64,000 bases of DNA from Eledone cirrhosa (taxonomy: Eukaryota): the NCBI GenBank assembly GCA_964016885.1, contig OZ024741.1, positions 119,970,001-120,034,000 on the forward strand, given 5' to 3'. Shown piece by piece: positions 13,365 to 26,439 of the stretch. The notes beneath the pieces were generated by a model. That model ran no database searches, was not told the origin of the DNA, and saw nothing but the letters and a program-made list of their open reading frames with translations. Position 1 is the first letter of the stretch; each line of letters starts with the position of its first letter. Position numbers and translations under genes: made by a program.

Positions 13365-16300
13365 CTTTTTTTATTAGCCACAAGGGCACAAAAGAAGGGG
13401 AAAAATACAAATGGGGAGTTTACATACAGGTATATGAAAATAAAACTATTAATAAAACAACAAATAACAATTGAAATCCTCAATAGGGGGGAGGCGTTAC
13501 ACAGGGGTTGTACACACCCCGAAAAAATGTACAACCCTCATCTCCAGGAGCACTAAGAGTGAGTACTCCCTTCCTCTTTTCCGCTTTTTCTTCAACCTAC
13601 AGGCTTATATAGAGAGAAGGCCCAACCACTCGGGCCATCTTTGCCACATTCACCCACCTTTTATAACATTTGCTGGGGTACAGCACCTCTCTCTCCATCC
13701 GGATTCTTCTTCCAAAATGATATTTGAAAAAACGAATCAGTTGTTCGCCGGAGAGAAAGGTGTCTGACCTCAGCCCTTTTAACCTTGTCCACCATATAAC
13801 CTCTTTCACCATAGCCATAACACATAGGAAAACCGCCACTCCCTCGTTTTTAAAGGAGGGTGGCGATTTGATCATGACAATGAACTCGGTGGTCAACTGG
13901 ATTGGTCCCACCCGCGACAATAGTCGTTGTACATAACCCCACAGGTCGGTAACGCCCGGGCAGTGTACAAAAGCTTGCGCGATGGTTTCCTCGTCGCGGA
14001 CGCATTTCGGACAGATCTTTTTCGAAGGGTGCCTGCCCGGGCGCCCGTATCTGTAGAGCTTGTCTCGAACTGGTAGAGCTCCTCAGTAGCACTGCCAGGC
14101 CAGGAACTTTTGGAAGTTGTCCATTGGTCCCGGGCGGAAGCCCTACCGAACAGACTGGCCAGTTCGTACTCCTCTACGCCTAGAATTTCTCCGAGCCCGT
14201 CGTCGCACTTGCTGCGGACCATCCCTCTATAGAATGTCGAAGTGGAGTCTCCACTGATCGCCGGTTCCGTTTGCCAGAGGACTGTGAGCGCCTGAGCACA
14301 TTCGATGTGCCAGTCGCCCATTTTCCTCGGTCTTTGCTTGACTCAGAACTGCAGCTCGGTCAGCGAGACGAATCGTGGGAAGGCTCGCCTCACGAACGGG
14401 GCCCACACCGGTTGTCCGGTGAGGAATACGTGGAGGTTCCGCAGCCTGAGCGCGTGTTTGCGCATCGTCAGCCACGGTATCACCAGCCCTCCGTTTGAAG
14501 GGTGTTGGCAGCAGATGGATCTTTTCACCAAAGGAGGCCGTTTCTTCCAAAAGAATTGGAAGAGCGCACGCTCCATTTTGGTGAGCGTTTTGGCTGGACA
14601 AGGCACGACGGTCAAGCGGTAGTAGATGACGGAAGCTATAAAAGTGTTCGCCACCTCCGCTCGACCTTTAAAGGATAGTTTGCACTCGCCCCACTTCTGG
14701 GTGAGCGCAAACACCTTGGCCGTCACCTCGTTCCAGTTCTTCTCCACCTGGAGGTCAGGACCAAACCAGACCCCGAGCAGCTTTACCGGTCCTTCCGTCC
14801 AGCGTCCGACGACGCCATCGGAAGGCATCGGTTTGCCTCTCCACGTTCCGATTTGCAAACCGACGGATTTGTCCCGGTTCAGCTTCGCTCCTGTGAACCT
14901 TTCGTATTCCTCCACTAAGGTGCCGACTTCCCCGATTTGCGAGGTGCTCGACACCATTACTGTAACGTCGTCGGCGTAGGCCGACGACGCTTTTCGCAGT
15001 CCCGGTTCCAAAGGGATGCCCTGAAATAGCTGCAGCTTCCGCAGTAGTGGCTTGAGAGTCAGTACGTACAGAAGGGAGGAGAGAGGGCATCCCTGTCGGA
15101 TGGATCGCGTGATATGGAACGGTTCCGAGATGTAGCCGTTCACCTTGACCCTTGAGCAGATGTTGCTGCTGTGCATTGCAGCAATCCAGCCCCTGAACAC
15201 GGGTCCGAAGCCTGCTGCCTGGAGCACCGCATTCAGGTACCGATGGTCAACCCTATCGAAAGCCTTAGACTGATTCAAGTTGATCAGGGCCCCACCGAAA
15301 CCGGGTTTATACCCTACCCTCTCTATGATGTATCGCATGAGGTGGAGGTTGTCGTGTATGGATCTGGTCGGGATTGCGCATGTCTGCGCTTCTCCCACCA
15401 GATTTTTGACGACAAGCGCCAGCCTCTTTGCCAACACATTGGCCCAAATCTGTAACTCTGTGTTTAGCAGAGTTATGGGCCGGAAGTTGCCTATGTCATC
15501 CCCCTTATTCTCGTCCTTCCTGACTAATGTGACTACGTCCTTGGTCACAGAACTGGGAATTATCCCGTTCTGCTGCCAGTTGCAGTAGACAGCTTCCAGG
15601 AGACCGGAGAACAAGTCCGGCATTGGTACGTAAAATTCGTAGGGTCGACCATCGAGACCTGGAGATTTGTGTGTGCCGCATTGGCTCAGCGCGTCCTCTA
15701 TCTCAGCGGCCGAAATCGGCCTTTCGCAAAACTTCACCTCGCTGTCCGAGAGTCGCGGCAGGCCGTCGAAATATGGACCGAAATCCATAGCCCATCCCGG
15801 CGTGCCGCCCTACCCGAACAGTTGAGCAAAGTGCCGCTGAAAGGCCGTGCACATCTGCTTCGACTCACGTATCACGCGTCCGTTTTGGTCCTTCAAAGAC
15901 CGAATCGTGGACTTGTTGCCAATTTTCGCCTCCGTCACTTGGGCCCAGCTAACAGCTTTGGCTCCCTCATTTCCCAGAGCACGTATTTTGCTTCTGACAA
16001 CGCAACCTTCATGCTTTGCGTCGAAGAACTGGTCCAAGGCCGTTCTCGTCGCTAGCACGCTGGCTACGTTGCCACTCCTAAGTTCCTCTTCTACTCTATC
16101 TACCAGTTCCTTTTCGGTTTTAGTTCTATCTAACACTAATTCTTTACCTATCGAGTCTAATCTAACTACCCTCTTGAGAGAGTACCACCATCTGTTGTTG
16201 AAAATGGCCCCCGTCAAGTGCTGCTTAGCTAAAGTGTTAATCCGTCTACTGTAGGCTTTGCATGTCGGTAACGACAAGTTAAGCTTCCAGTAGCCGGGTC

Positions 16301-16711
16301 CCTGTCTATGGGTTTTGTCAAGGTTGACTAAGCAGGTCACTAATTTGTGATTTGAATAGGCAACCATGAACATTTGTGGACAGCTTAACATGTCCATATC
16401 CTTCTTTCTAACTAGAACCCTATCTAGGTACGATTTAGATGTTCCGCTAGAATTAGTCCACGTCCACAGTGGCACAGTCCGAATATCTAGTCGATATCTA
16501 TCGGCCAGGTCAAATCGGCCGATTAACTGTTTGAGGCTGTTACACCCCCTCTATCGGGACATGCTCCCACATAGTCCCAACGTGCATCTAGGATTCCATT
16601 CCAGTCCCCCACTAACAGCAGGGAGCGGGACGTTCCCAGAAAAGTCTGTAGACGTTTGAAGAAGTCTGGCCGCGGTGTCCCGGATGGGGCATATGCGGCC
16701 ACCAGCCTGAA
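13365..16711 (-). mobile_element. 5'-truncated Tx1/L1-clade LINE (partial APE, RT, Zn region), frameshifted
   Basis: VGDWNG, YLDRVL, GYWKLN, KSPGLDG, NFRPITLLN, KAFDRVDH, RQGCPLS, AYADD; AATAAA at the 3' end. Confidence 0.93.
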
Positions 16712-16954
16712 GTAGGTAGGTAGATAGGTATGTAGGTAGGTAGGTAGGTAGGTAGGTAGGTAGGTAGGTAGGTAGGTAGGTAAGTTGGTAGGTAGGTAAG
16801 TAGGTAGGTAGGTAAGTAAGTAGGTAGATAGGTATGTAGGTAGATAGGTAAGTAGGTTGGTAGGTAGGTAGGTAGTTTGGTAGGTAGGTAGGTAGGTAGG
16901 TAGGTAAGTAGGTAGGTAGGTATACATATGTGTCTATATACAATTTAGTTGTTA

Positions 16955-17332
16955 ATAATTGTTTCTACTTTTGGTACAAGGCCAGCAATCATCCCAGTGT
17001 ATTACTGGTACTTTATTCTATCGACCCCGTAAAGATGAAAGGCAAAGTTAACCTCGGCGGGATTTGAACTATGAACATAAAAGGCCGTAACTCTATGCTG
17101 CAAAGCATGGCGTCCGATCCTCTACCGATACTGCCAGTCCACAACATAATTGTTTCTACTTTTGGCACAAGGCCAGCAATTACCCAGTACATTACTGGTA
17201 CTTTATTTTATTGACCCCGTAAGGATGAAAGGCAAAGTTGACCTCGGCGGGATTTGAACTCAGAATGGAAAGGGCCGTAATTCTATGCGTCAAAGCATGA
17301 CGTCCAACCCTCTACCGATACTGCCAATCCAC
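16955..17332 (-). mobile_element. Two tandem tRNA-derived SINE copies
   Basis: Two head-to-tail copies of the 12533-12722 sequence. Confidence 0.8.
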
Positions 17333-17876
17333 TAATGATCTCTCTTTGGAAAAGTAAAATATCTGTTATGTCTACTTACCTGAAAAGAAATACGTACCAT
17401 TAGTAGCCGTGGGGATTAACGCTACAATTGTCTAGCATCTCATCCAGGGGTAGTCTGTTACTGATGTTTAATACCAATGAAACCAGGATATGATGCTGCT
17501 CTAGTGTGCCTCTGGGCTTGAGACTGTCTTTGTATTTTTTTTAAATTAGCAATATATATAATCTTGTCATGTTTTTGATTTCATCTCCACGAATAATATC
17601 ATTTGAAATTCAATTATTACATATTTCGTGATGAAATGTTTGTGGAAATATAGAAGGAAGGGTCGGAAACTGTTTTCTAGATATCAAATAATTATTTCTA
17701 AGTTTGGCACAAGGCCAGCAATTTAGGGAGTAAGTGAAAATTGATTATATCGACCCCAGTCTGGTACTTTATTTTATTGGCCACGTAAGGATGAAAGGCA
17801 AATCTAACGTCAGCGGGATTTCACCTCAGAACGTAAAGGCAGGTAACTACATGCTGAAAAACATGTTGTCTTACGC

Positions 17877-18403
17877 CAGGGGGTCGGCAACTTCTTTGCC
17901 TCCACGGGCCGGATCGAGTATTAATGACGGATAGCGGACCGGACGAAGACCATTAAAGAATTGTCCCTTCGAGGCAGTCTTTTTATGTCCGTCGGCAGAC
18001 TCAAGTCGGCTAGCAGTTTTTTGTTTTATTTTTTATGCGGGAGTGGTGGTGATTGGGTAGAAATGTTTCGGAATTGTATTGTTATTATTATTATTGTTAT
18101 TATTTTTGTGTTATGTGAGCGGAAATGATGTGCGGGGCCCTGCGTACGCGACGAAGTTTGAATTGTGATTTTGCTGTCAAAGCGTTCACATCCTGTTGGT
18201 GGTGGACATTAGGTAGAGTGAATCAGAAGATTTGTGGAAGAATGTAACAGCAGGCTTTTTATTGTATTCGAAAGTCTCGTCTCTCATATTACAATAAATT
18301 TAAAGTTTAAATAAACAACTCATTGGACATCAGTTTTAGCGGGCCGGTCAAAATACATTCGCGGGCCGGATCCGGCCCGTGGGCTGTAGGTTGCTGACCC
18401 CTG
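17877..18403. mobile_element. hAT-type MITE inserted in a SINE
   Basis: TIRs CAGGGGGTCGGCAAC / GTTGCTGACCCCTG; 8-bp TSD TCTTACGC (17869-17876, 18404-18411). Confidence 0.92.
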
Positions 18404-18931
18404 TCTTACGCTCTACCAATACTACTAATCTACCGCCCTTCTCTAGATACCAAATGATAACTTATATAGTATGGCGGTACATGTCACTGAACGGAATACT
18501 TTTTCATCTGGTATCTGCTAATTTGTAAGGTGAGTTGTAGAGGTAGTTATTTAAATTCAAATAAAGCATAAAGTAAAGGTTCAAATCTTTGTAAAGTTAC
18601 GTATTCTATATAGTACTTATAGAATTGGATCTCTACTGTCTGAGTTCAAATCCTGCCTTTCATCTATTTGAGGTTGTTAAAAGAAAGTACCAATTGATTC
18701 TTCCACTATATCTCATTCTCACTTCCATTCTCTCATTCTCTATCCTTCTTTGACTCTTTTTCTTTCTGTGGAAGAAATCTGCTCTGTTCAAAGAAGGATA
18801 GAAAGGGAGAAAGAGATATAGAGGAAGAATCAACCCTAGTACTAGACTGGTAAGGTGAACACAAGGTTATTATTTTCTGATCCACTCAACGTGTAGTAAG
18901 CTGTCTTCACCTAACTGTAAATAAGATGATA

Positions 18932-19356
18932 AATTTGTTTATTAGCCACAAGGGCACAAAAGAAGGGGACAAATACAAATGGGGAGTTTACATACAAGTG
19001 TATGAAAATAAAACTATTAATAAAATAACAAATAACAATTGAAATCCCCAATAGGGGGAGGCGTTACACAGGGGTTGTACACACCCCGAAAAAATGTACA
19101 ACCCTCATCTCCAGGAGCACCAAGTGTGAGTACTCCCTTCCTCTCTTCCTCTTTTTCCTCAACCTACAGGCTTATATAGAGAGAAGGCCCAACCACTCGG
19201 GCCATCTTTGCCACATTCACCCACATTTTATAAAATTTGCTGGGGTACAGCACCTCTCTCTCCATCCGGATTCTTCTTCCAAAATGATATTTGAAAAAAC
19301 GAATCAGTTGCTCGCCGGAGAGAAAGGTGTCTGACCTCAGCCCTTTTAACCTCGTC
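18932..19356 (-). mobile_element. Short 3' fragment of the same Tx1 family as 13365-16711
   Basis: Near-identical to 13370-13790; 17-bp TSD CTGTAAATAAGATGATA at 18915-18931 and 19357-19373. Confidence 0.93.
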
Positions 19357-19829
19357 CTGTAAATAAGATGATAGGAAGACAATATGTACTATTATATGTA
19401 ATATTGGAGAGTTTATTATAAATTGCATGTGATTAGTGAAGTGTAAAAACCCTGTAGGAAGGTATGTGTGATAACCAAACAAACTCAACATTATTAGAGT
19501 TTTTTTTTTTAAAGCTTTTATAGAAGGTGGGATTATCTAAGGGTAAGAAGATTCAGTAGACTACAATCTGTACTGTGTAGAAATTGATGAACAAATTAGG
19601 AAGTTAATAATATAAATTTGACTTACATAAAGGCGGCAAATTCGGATAGAATGTTTTGCGGTATTCGTTCAACAAAGAGAAATAACATTCAGATATATCA
19701 GTTGCTTTTCTATCTTGCAAGTATGAAGCCGAGAAATCTACTGAAATATATATGCATTCTGTCAGCCTTTTGTCAATGAAATTAACAATGGAATAACGAT
19801 AATTATTTCTTAGTTGGTAAAAGGTCAGA

Positions 19830-19872
<43 letters not shown>

Positions 19873-20082
19873 TAATAGAAAAAAACAAATGTCAGATTCG
19901 CTCGAAATTATTGTTTCAATTTACGTTTCAGGAGTTCCACAGTACCACACCCAAACTAGAAAAGGCTCACTGATACATATTCTATGTCTTTCTCTCTTCC
20001 TTTCTCCCCTTTCTCTCTCTCTGTCTCTCTGTCTCTCTGTCTCTCTCTCTGTCTCTCTCTCTCTCTCTCTCGCATGCACGCA

Positions 20083-20207
<125 letters not shown>

Positions 20208-20319
20208 TATCAATTAGAAAGACCAGCTGCGTTAATGATTCTAATTATAGAGTTGTGTAAATCAGAGACCTAATAAACAAATACATAATTGTTTCTACTA
20301 AATAAATACATAAGGATAG

Positions 20320-20530
20320 TTAAGCATTTTTGGCGATCCGACATAGAGATGCCCCTGCAAATGCTGCATCTAATTGACTATCGTCTTCCAACAGACGTCT
20401 CCGCAAACAGGACTCTTGATAGGTGTTACAAACAGCGCCATTCACTTTAGGAAGTTCACCAAAGCATTGAGGGTCACTAACTTTATTAAGCAGCATCCTC
20501 AAGTGGAAACGATATGCTGATTTGGGCATG
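20320..20530 (-). mobile_element. Helitron RepHel fragment
   Basis: FHLRMLLNKVSDPQCFGEL..TYQESCLRRRLLEDDSQ aligns with YYLRLLLHHVKGPVSFNSL..FKDVCREKGLLQSDDH in ORF 38030-38392. Confidence 0.7.
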
Positions 20531-20992
20531 TCACGGGTCATTGTAATTGTTGGTGGTTTATGAAAGCTTAGATAATGAAGGAATACAAAGTTTGAAAAAA
20601 ATCGTATGTACGATAATTTCTCATTGTTAATAAAGTTATTTAAATGTCAATCGCTGTCGATCTATCTCCCTAACTCTTTCTCATTCTTTACCTTGCTCTC
20701 TCTCTCTCACACACTATTTGTCTTTCTTTCTTGACCAGACAATGACCACATGTCTACTTTTAATGTTTCCATATATATATATATATATAAGTATGTACAC
20801 GTACATACATATATGTATACAGACGTACAGTAGTATGTATATATATATACATACAAGCACACATATATACATGTACGTATGGATTCACCGAACATTTATT
20901 ATAATGCTCGGTGTGTTTGTAAACAAACATCCCGTATTAAGCCGTAGTGTCTAGCAACCATCGTTGCTCGTTTGTTCAACACTGACAAAAGA

Positions 20993-21035
20993 ACGCTGTA
21001 CTAGTTTCAAGCTTATTAGCTATCGTCAGCAACGT
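20993..21035 (-). ncRNA. Minimal hammerhead
   Basis: acgttg CTGACGA tagctaataagctt GAAA ctag TA cagcgt. Confidence 0.88.
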
Positions 21036-21252
21036 ATACCTTCCTGCCAGATTGTTGAACGTCTATACTTACCTTATGCATATTAACGGAACGGCTGAGC
21101 TGCCAAATTTGCATATCGAGTGGGTTAATCGGCCGGGTGCACCGAAAACGATAAACGGAAAAAATGAAACGAAATTTCATTTCCCACTCTTAGTACGGCT
21201 GTTAATATGCATAAGGTAAGTATATACGTTCAACAATCTGGCAGGAAGGTAT

Positions 21253-21295
21253 ACGTTGCTGACGATAGCTAATAAGCTTGAAACTAGTACAGCGT
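21253..21295 (+). ncRNA. Minimal hammerhead (inverted twin of 20993-21035)
   Basis: acgttg CTGACGA tagctaataagctt GAAA ctag TA cagcgt. Confidence 0.88.
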
Positions 21296-21555
21296 TCTTT
21301 TGTCAGTGTTGAACAAACGAGCAACGATGGTTGCTAGACACTACGGCTTAATACGGGATGTTTGTTTACAAACACACTGAGCATTATAATAAATGTTCGG
21401 TGAATCCATACGTACATATATATATGTGTGCATGTAGTATATATATATACATACTACTGTACGTCTGTATACATATATGTATGTACGTATACATACTTAT
21501 ATTTAAGTAACAGCCGTACTAAGAGTGGGAAATGAAATTTCGTTTCATTTTTTCC

Positions 21556-21595
<40 letters not shown>

Positions 21596-22079
21596 ATACT
21601 TAGGGAGGGTGATATTTGTATAATATTGCCAGAATTAATAACAGAACACACTCACTGTTTGGTTGGTTTTCGCTTTTCGCTTCTGTGTCTTTTATATCGG
21701 TTAATTTAATTTATTCGATCCTCAATGTTGCCATTGACTGACCAACGGTCAAAAATACAGACACAAACACATATATATAGTCTATCAAAGTTCTTTCGTT
21801 GCACATCTGCAACATCGTCAGTGGTGCTATTGTTTCCTCCCGTTGCATTGTATGTCTACGCCATCTTTATTTAGTCTGTTTATATATTTATTTATTTGTT
21901 TTTTTGTTGTCTTCTTTGCGCATGCGTTTGCGTGTGTGTATAGTGTTTTGTTTGATGTGATTTCGTGTTTGGGTGACTGTGTATTGGTTAATGTATTCTA
22001 TCTTTACTAGTGTGTGTTTATATGTGTTTGTTGTTATTGTGCTTGTGTATGTATTTATTTATTTATCTATTTATTTATC

Positions 22080-22140
22080 TATTTATACTTCTCTTAGGTC
22101 AGTGTTGTTTGTTTACACTGACCTAAGAGAAGTATAAATA
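22080..22140. repeat. Perfect 26-bp-arm hairpin
   Basis: TATTTATACTTCTCTTAGGTCAGTGT..ACACTGACCTAAGAGAAGTATAAATA. Confidence 0.9.
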
Positions 22141-22159
22141 AATGGGTGGGTGAGCGGAC

Positions 22160-23087
22160 TTGCCTTCAGTCAGACCTACTGGCTGTTATCCAATGGGCAG
22201 AAAAGAACAATATGCTCTTGAATGAGGATAAGTTTGAGTTAATCCACTTTGGAAAAAAGGATGCTCTGAGACTACCATACTCTCTTCCTTCGGGTGAAAC
22301 TCTCGTGTCATGAAACAACATTAGAGACCTGGGATTAATTGTGCACAACAACATAAACTGGGCCACCTTTATAAACAGCAAAGTTGACATAGCCCGCAGA
22401 ATGTGTTCCTGGATTCTCAGAACCTCCCAGTCGAGAGATATCCACACTGTTATCCTTTTCTTCTCCACTTTTGCCCGACCTCACCTTGAATACTGTTGTC
22501 CACTGTGGTCTCCCCACACGAAACAAAGTATCGTGAAAGTTGAAGCCCCCCCCCCCCCAAGATCGATTACAAAAAAAGATAGATGGCATGACAGGCCTTG
22601 ACTATTGGAGTCGATTAGAAAAGCTCAAACTTTATCCTCTCCAACGTCGCCGTGAGCGCTACATTACCTGGATGATGTGGAAAATATTCCATCAGCTTTG
22701 CCCAAATGATGTTGGCATCACCTTTAATGTACACCCAAGGCTTGGGCCCCGTACTATCCGCCCACGACAAAAATCTCACTCGCATCTCATAACAACAATA
22801 CGGCACAATTATTTCACCTCAATTGGCCCCACTCTCTTTAACATTACACCAAAACACATTAAAACAGAAACAGACCCCATCAAGAGGTGTTTGGACAAAT
22901 TCCTTCAAAAAATCCCGGATAAGCCTCCTACACCCGGATATGCCTCCGTAAACAATAACTCTCTACTTGAGTGGGCCATGGTGCCCAAATCCTGATTTGA
23001 AAGACTTCGCCAGGTGGTGCTATTAAGTTAGACATGGCTTGGGCCAATACTGGCAGAAACCTATCAAAGTTATCAAAGTAAAGTTAT
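22160..23087 (+). mobile_element. 3' fragment of CR1-like LINE
   Basis: RPHLEYCCPLWSPH, LDYWSRLEKLKLYPLQRRRERY, LDKFLQKIPDKP; TATCAAAGT repeat tail. Confidence 0.85.
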
Positions 23088-23116
23088 ATATATATATATT
23101 CATAGTAGTGGAAGAG

Positions 23117-23489
23117 TGAAGAATAACATGGTCGGCTGTACAAAAAGAGTTTTATTTACAGTATTAACAATTGTTTCATTGATCAGGTGAGTCTAGAGGC
23201 CGCTAATCACTCGAAGTTGCGTCACTCGACCTTAAATACAGTGTGTGTCTCTGATCAAATCATCAGAATACTTTTGTGCATGTAATTCGGGCAGTGTTCA
23301 GAGAGTTTGTTGAGTATCGGGCCCTTGGCAAATTGTATTCCGATGATTTGATCAGAGACACACACTGTATTTAAGGTTGAGTGACGCAACTTCGAGTGAT
23401 TAGCGGTCTTTAGACACACCTGATCAATGTAACAATTGTTAATACTGTTAATAAAACCCTTTTTGTACAGCCGACCATGTTATTCTTCA
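23117..23489. mobile_element. Penelope head-to-head fold-back: two pLTR arms around ~70 bp of GIY-YIG 3' coding sequence
   Basis: 23117-23265 is inverted at 23341-23489; the loop matches 26603-26670 of the Penelope fragment. Confidence 0.9.
23160..23272 (-). ncRNA. Hammerhead ribozyme (degenerate twin at 23335-23446 +)
   Basis: agtatt CTGATGA tttgatcag..ctgatcaat GAAA caattg TT aatact. Confidence 0.88.
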
Positions 23490-24940
23490 ATCTTTCACTA
23501 CAAATTACTCCAAGAGAATAACCTGCATGGGAATTCTCACAAACTCGCTACCTATCTAAGGAAATCTCTTGTTGAGTTAAACAACACCGTACTATCCATA
23601 GTACAGATTACTCAAAACCTCTAACTGGATTACCTAAAACGATAACATGTTATCCCATATATATATATATACACTTTTTTGCGATATTCCTTGCTAGATG
23701 TGATTTGATTGATAATTTTTGGCTTTGTCTTGTAGTGAACTTGGCAATATATTGTCAATTAACTTTGAAGGGTTGTTCTTTGTGGTTTATTTTTATTTTC
23801 ATTTTTATTTTTATTTTTATTTTTATTTTTATTTTTATTTTTATTTTTATTCTTTTAGTATTGTAGTATTCTATAATATTTTTATTTTTTATTTTATTTT
23901 ATTTTTATTTTTAATATTTTTATATGTAAATTTTTATTTTTATTTTTAATATTTTTATATGTAAAGTTTTAATACGTAATATTTTTAATACGTAGTATTT
24001 TTAATATGCAATATTTTTTATTATGTAATATTCTTTCGTAATATTCTTTTTTAGTTTTCTATTCTATATTTTTATATATTTTTACTTATTATCATTATTA
24101 TTGTTATCTTTGCTTATAATATAATATATATTTTCGATTAGTATATTGAAATCTGCTCTCTATTTCTGCTTGATAGATAATCTTGTAGAGTAATCGCAAG
24201 AATAATAATACGCTCAAATTTTTATACCACATTGAGAATGTTTTCCGGTAACTTTGAATTTGCGGAGTGAATCAGTTGAATTCACATTGATGTTTGTAGC
24301 TGTCACATAGACATATGAATTTTTTAAAAAACTAAGCATAAGATAATGAATTTTCACGCATTGTGAATACTTGTTTCATTCAGGAATACTGATATTTACA
24401 ATATAGTGTAAGTTTTATAAATACTAATACATTAAAACATAGGGTTTTATACGCCTCGAATATGTCTGGCTATTTTTAAATTTTTTCTCTCTCTATATCT
24501 CTCTATATCTCTCTATATATCTCCCTTACATTAATACTTGAGCTAAATGAATAAATAAATAAATAAATAAATAAATAAATGCATCATTGATACACTTACT
24601 CAAAATGACCTCCCACTACCTAATTTTTCTATATTTATATATGTATCTATCTCTATTTCCTCTCTCTCTATATATATATATCTCTTTCTGTCTCTTTACA
24701 TGAAGCTCTTCGCTTTATCTATTTTTCCATCTCTCTATTTTGTCCCATGCATTTCTTCTTTTTCTTTTTCTTCTTTTTCTTCCTTTTCTTCGTTTTGTCT
24801 TTATTTCTTTCTTATTTCCCTCTTTTCTCTCTCTCTTTCTTTCTCTCTGTATTTTCACTGCTAGAGTAAACCTCTTCAAATGAAGTTGATGTTTATTACG
24901 GTATGTCGAATATATTTATCTATAAAACTGTTTATATTGT

Positions 24941-25004
24941 ATTTTGTCTGATGAAGGCATAGCATATTGTTAATATGATATCCCCGAAATATATATAATG
25001 AAAT
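24941..25004 (+). ncRNA. Hammerhead ribozyme
   Basis: attttgt CTGATGA aggcatagcatatt..aatatgatatcccc GAAA tatata TA atgaaat. Confidence 0.8.
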
Positions 25005-25133
25005 AAATATGGTTTTATAAATATAGTTTTCCATTTATTTAATATTGTAAATATACTCCAAATATTTGTCGAGTGCTTTTATATCAGTTATAAATATTTA
25101 CTAGTTGTAACCCAACAATTTTAAATATAACCT

Positions 25134-25204
<71 letters not shown>

Positions 25205-25209
25205 ATCTA

Positions 25210-25328
<119 letters not shown>

Positions 25329-25698
25329 CAATAACAAAATAAGATGCTGAGGTTACATATATCGTTTGGTGGTGGTATCACCACGACTATTGCGACCAGT
25401 GTGGACAACATTGGTCGGCGGTTTGATGTTATTCTTGTTGTTGCAGTTGTCGGTGTTGTTGTTGTTGTTGTTGTAGTTTTAGTTGTTGTTGTTGTAGTTG
25501 TTGTCTATAGGCGGTTGTCAACAAATTATTTACCCCACCCCCCTCACAGCTCCATTTATTGCTTCAACTGTTTACTGGGTTTTGGCTGCACACAGTGCAC
25601 GACAGCTGGCAAACCTTCAAGGAACTCATATGTATGCTGGGCACACAGGCATTAGGACGTGTGTTTTCCTGCCAGCGACATATCAAATATATCGATTT

Positions 25699-25786
25699 TC
25701 ATCTGAGGATACCGTTCTCATAATCAACAGCAAATGCATGAAGGACATCTCGATTGCATGGAGAACCGTGGAAATAATTATTATGA
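25699..25786 (+). ncRNA. Hammerhead ribozyme
   Basis: tcat CTGAGGA taccgttctc..gagaaccgtg GAAA taatta TT atga. Confidence 0.75.
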
Positions 25787-25928
25787 TTAAACGATATATG
25801 TAACCTCAGTATCTTATTTTGTTATTTTTATAAAATTCTCCATCGTAACAAAACGATTGTTGAGAGCTTTCTCCTGTTTACTCCTGTTTTTACCAAAACA
25901 ATCTTTTCCGAACATATATATATATATA

Positions 25929-26381
25929 TATAAATATTTCGTATCTCCAAATAAATACGGTTTTAGGAAGCCGTAGCTATGCAAATACGGGGGGGGGCTT
26001 ACGCCTTCTGGTGATGTCCAGCAAAAGCAAGGGGGACAACCGTCTATGCACTTCAGGCTTAACTGGCCATCGTCAGGACGGTCCCTCCCTCATGCAAATA
26101 AGATTAATCACCTCATTTACACAGACGAGAAAAGTATATATTCTCGCCTGTCTTCTAGTTCAGCAGTCGCAAGCGGCGGGAGGGACCGTCCTGACGATGG
26201 CAAGTTAAGCCGGAAATGCATAGACGGTTTTCCCCCTTGCTTCTGCTAGACATCACCAGAGGGCGTTAGCCCCTCGGTGTTTGCATAGCTACGGCTTCCT
26301 AAAACCATATTTCTTTAGAGATACGAAATATTTATACAAATTTTATAAAGCTATGCTTGAAGCGAAATCCTATTTCTCTTA
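25929..26381. mobile_element. ORF-less HHR fold-back element in (TA)n
   Basis: 25929-26089 is inverted at 26178-26336; the right arm has an extra ~45-nt tail. Confidence 0.85.
26184..26229 (+). ncRNA. Minimal hammerhead (twin with GAAG at 26038-26083 -)
   Basis: gaccgtc CTGACGA tggcaagttaagccg GAAA tgca TA gacggtt. Confidence 0.9.
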
Positions 26382-26439
26382 TATATATATATATATATTG
26401 AAGTACGTTATACATGTGGAAAAAGCAGATAGGTAAGAA

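Noticed and set aside
14227-16254. Long plus-strand and alternate-frame ORFs over Tx1 elements (also 56124-63275)
   Set aside because: Antisense or off-frame shadows of GC-rich LINE coding sequence.
12533-17332. tRNA genes
   Set aside because: Only A/B-box-like heads followed by a repeated body; these are SINEs, with no full cloverleaf seen.
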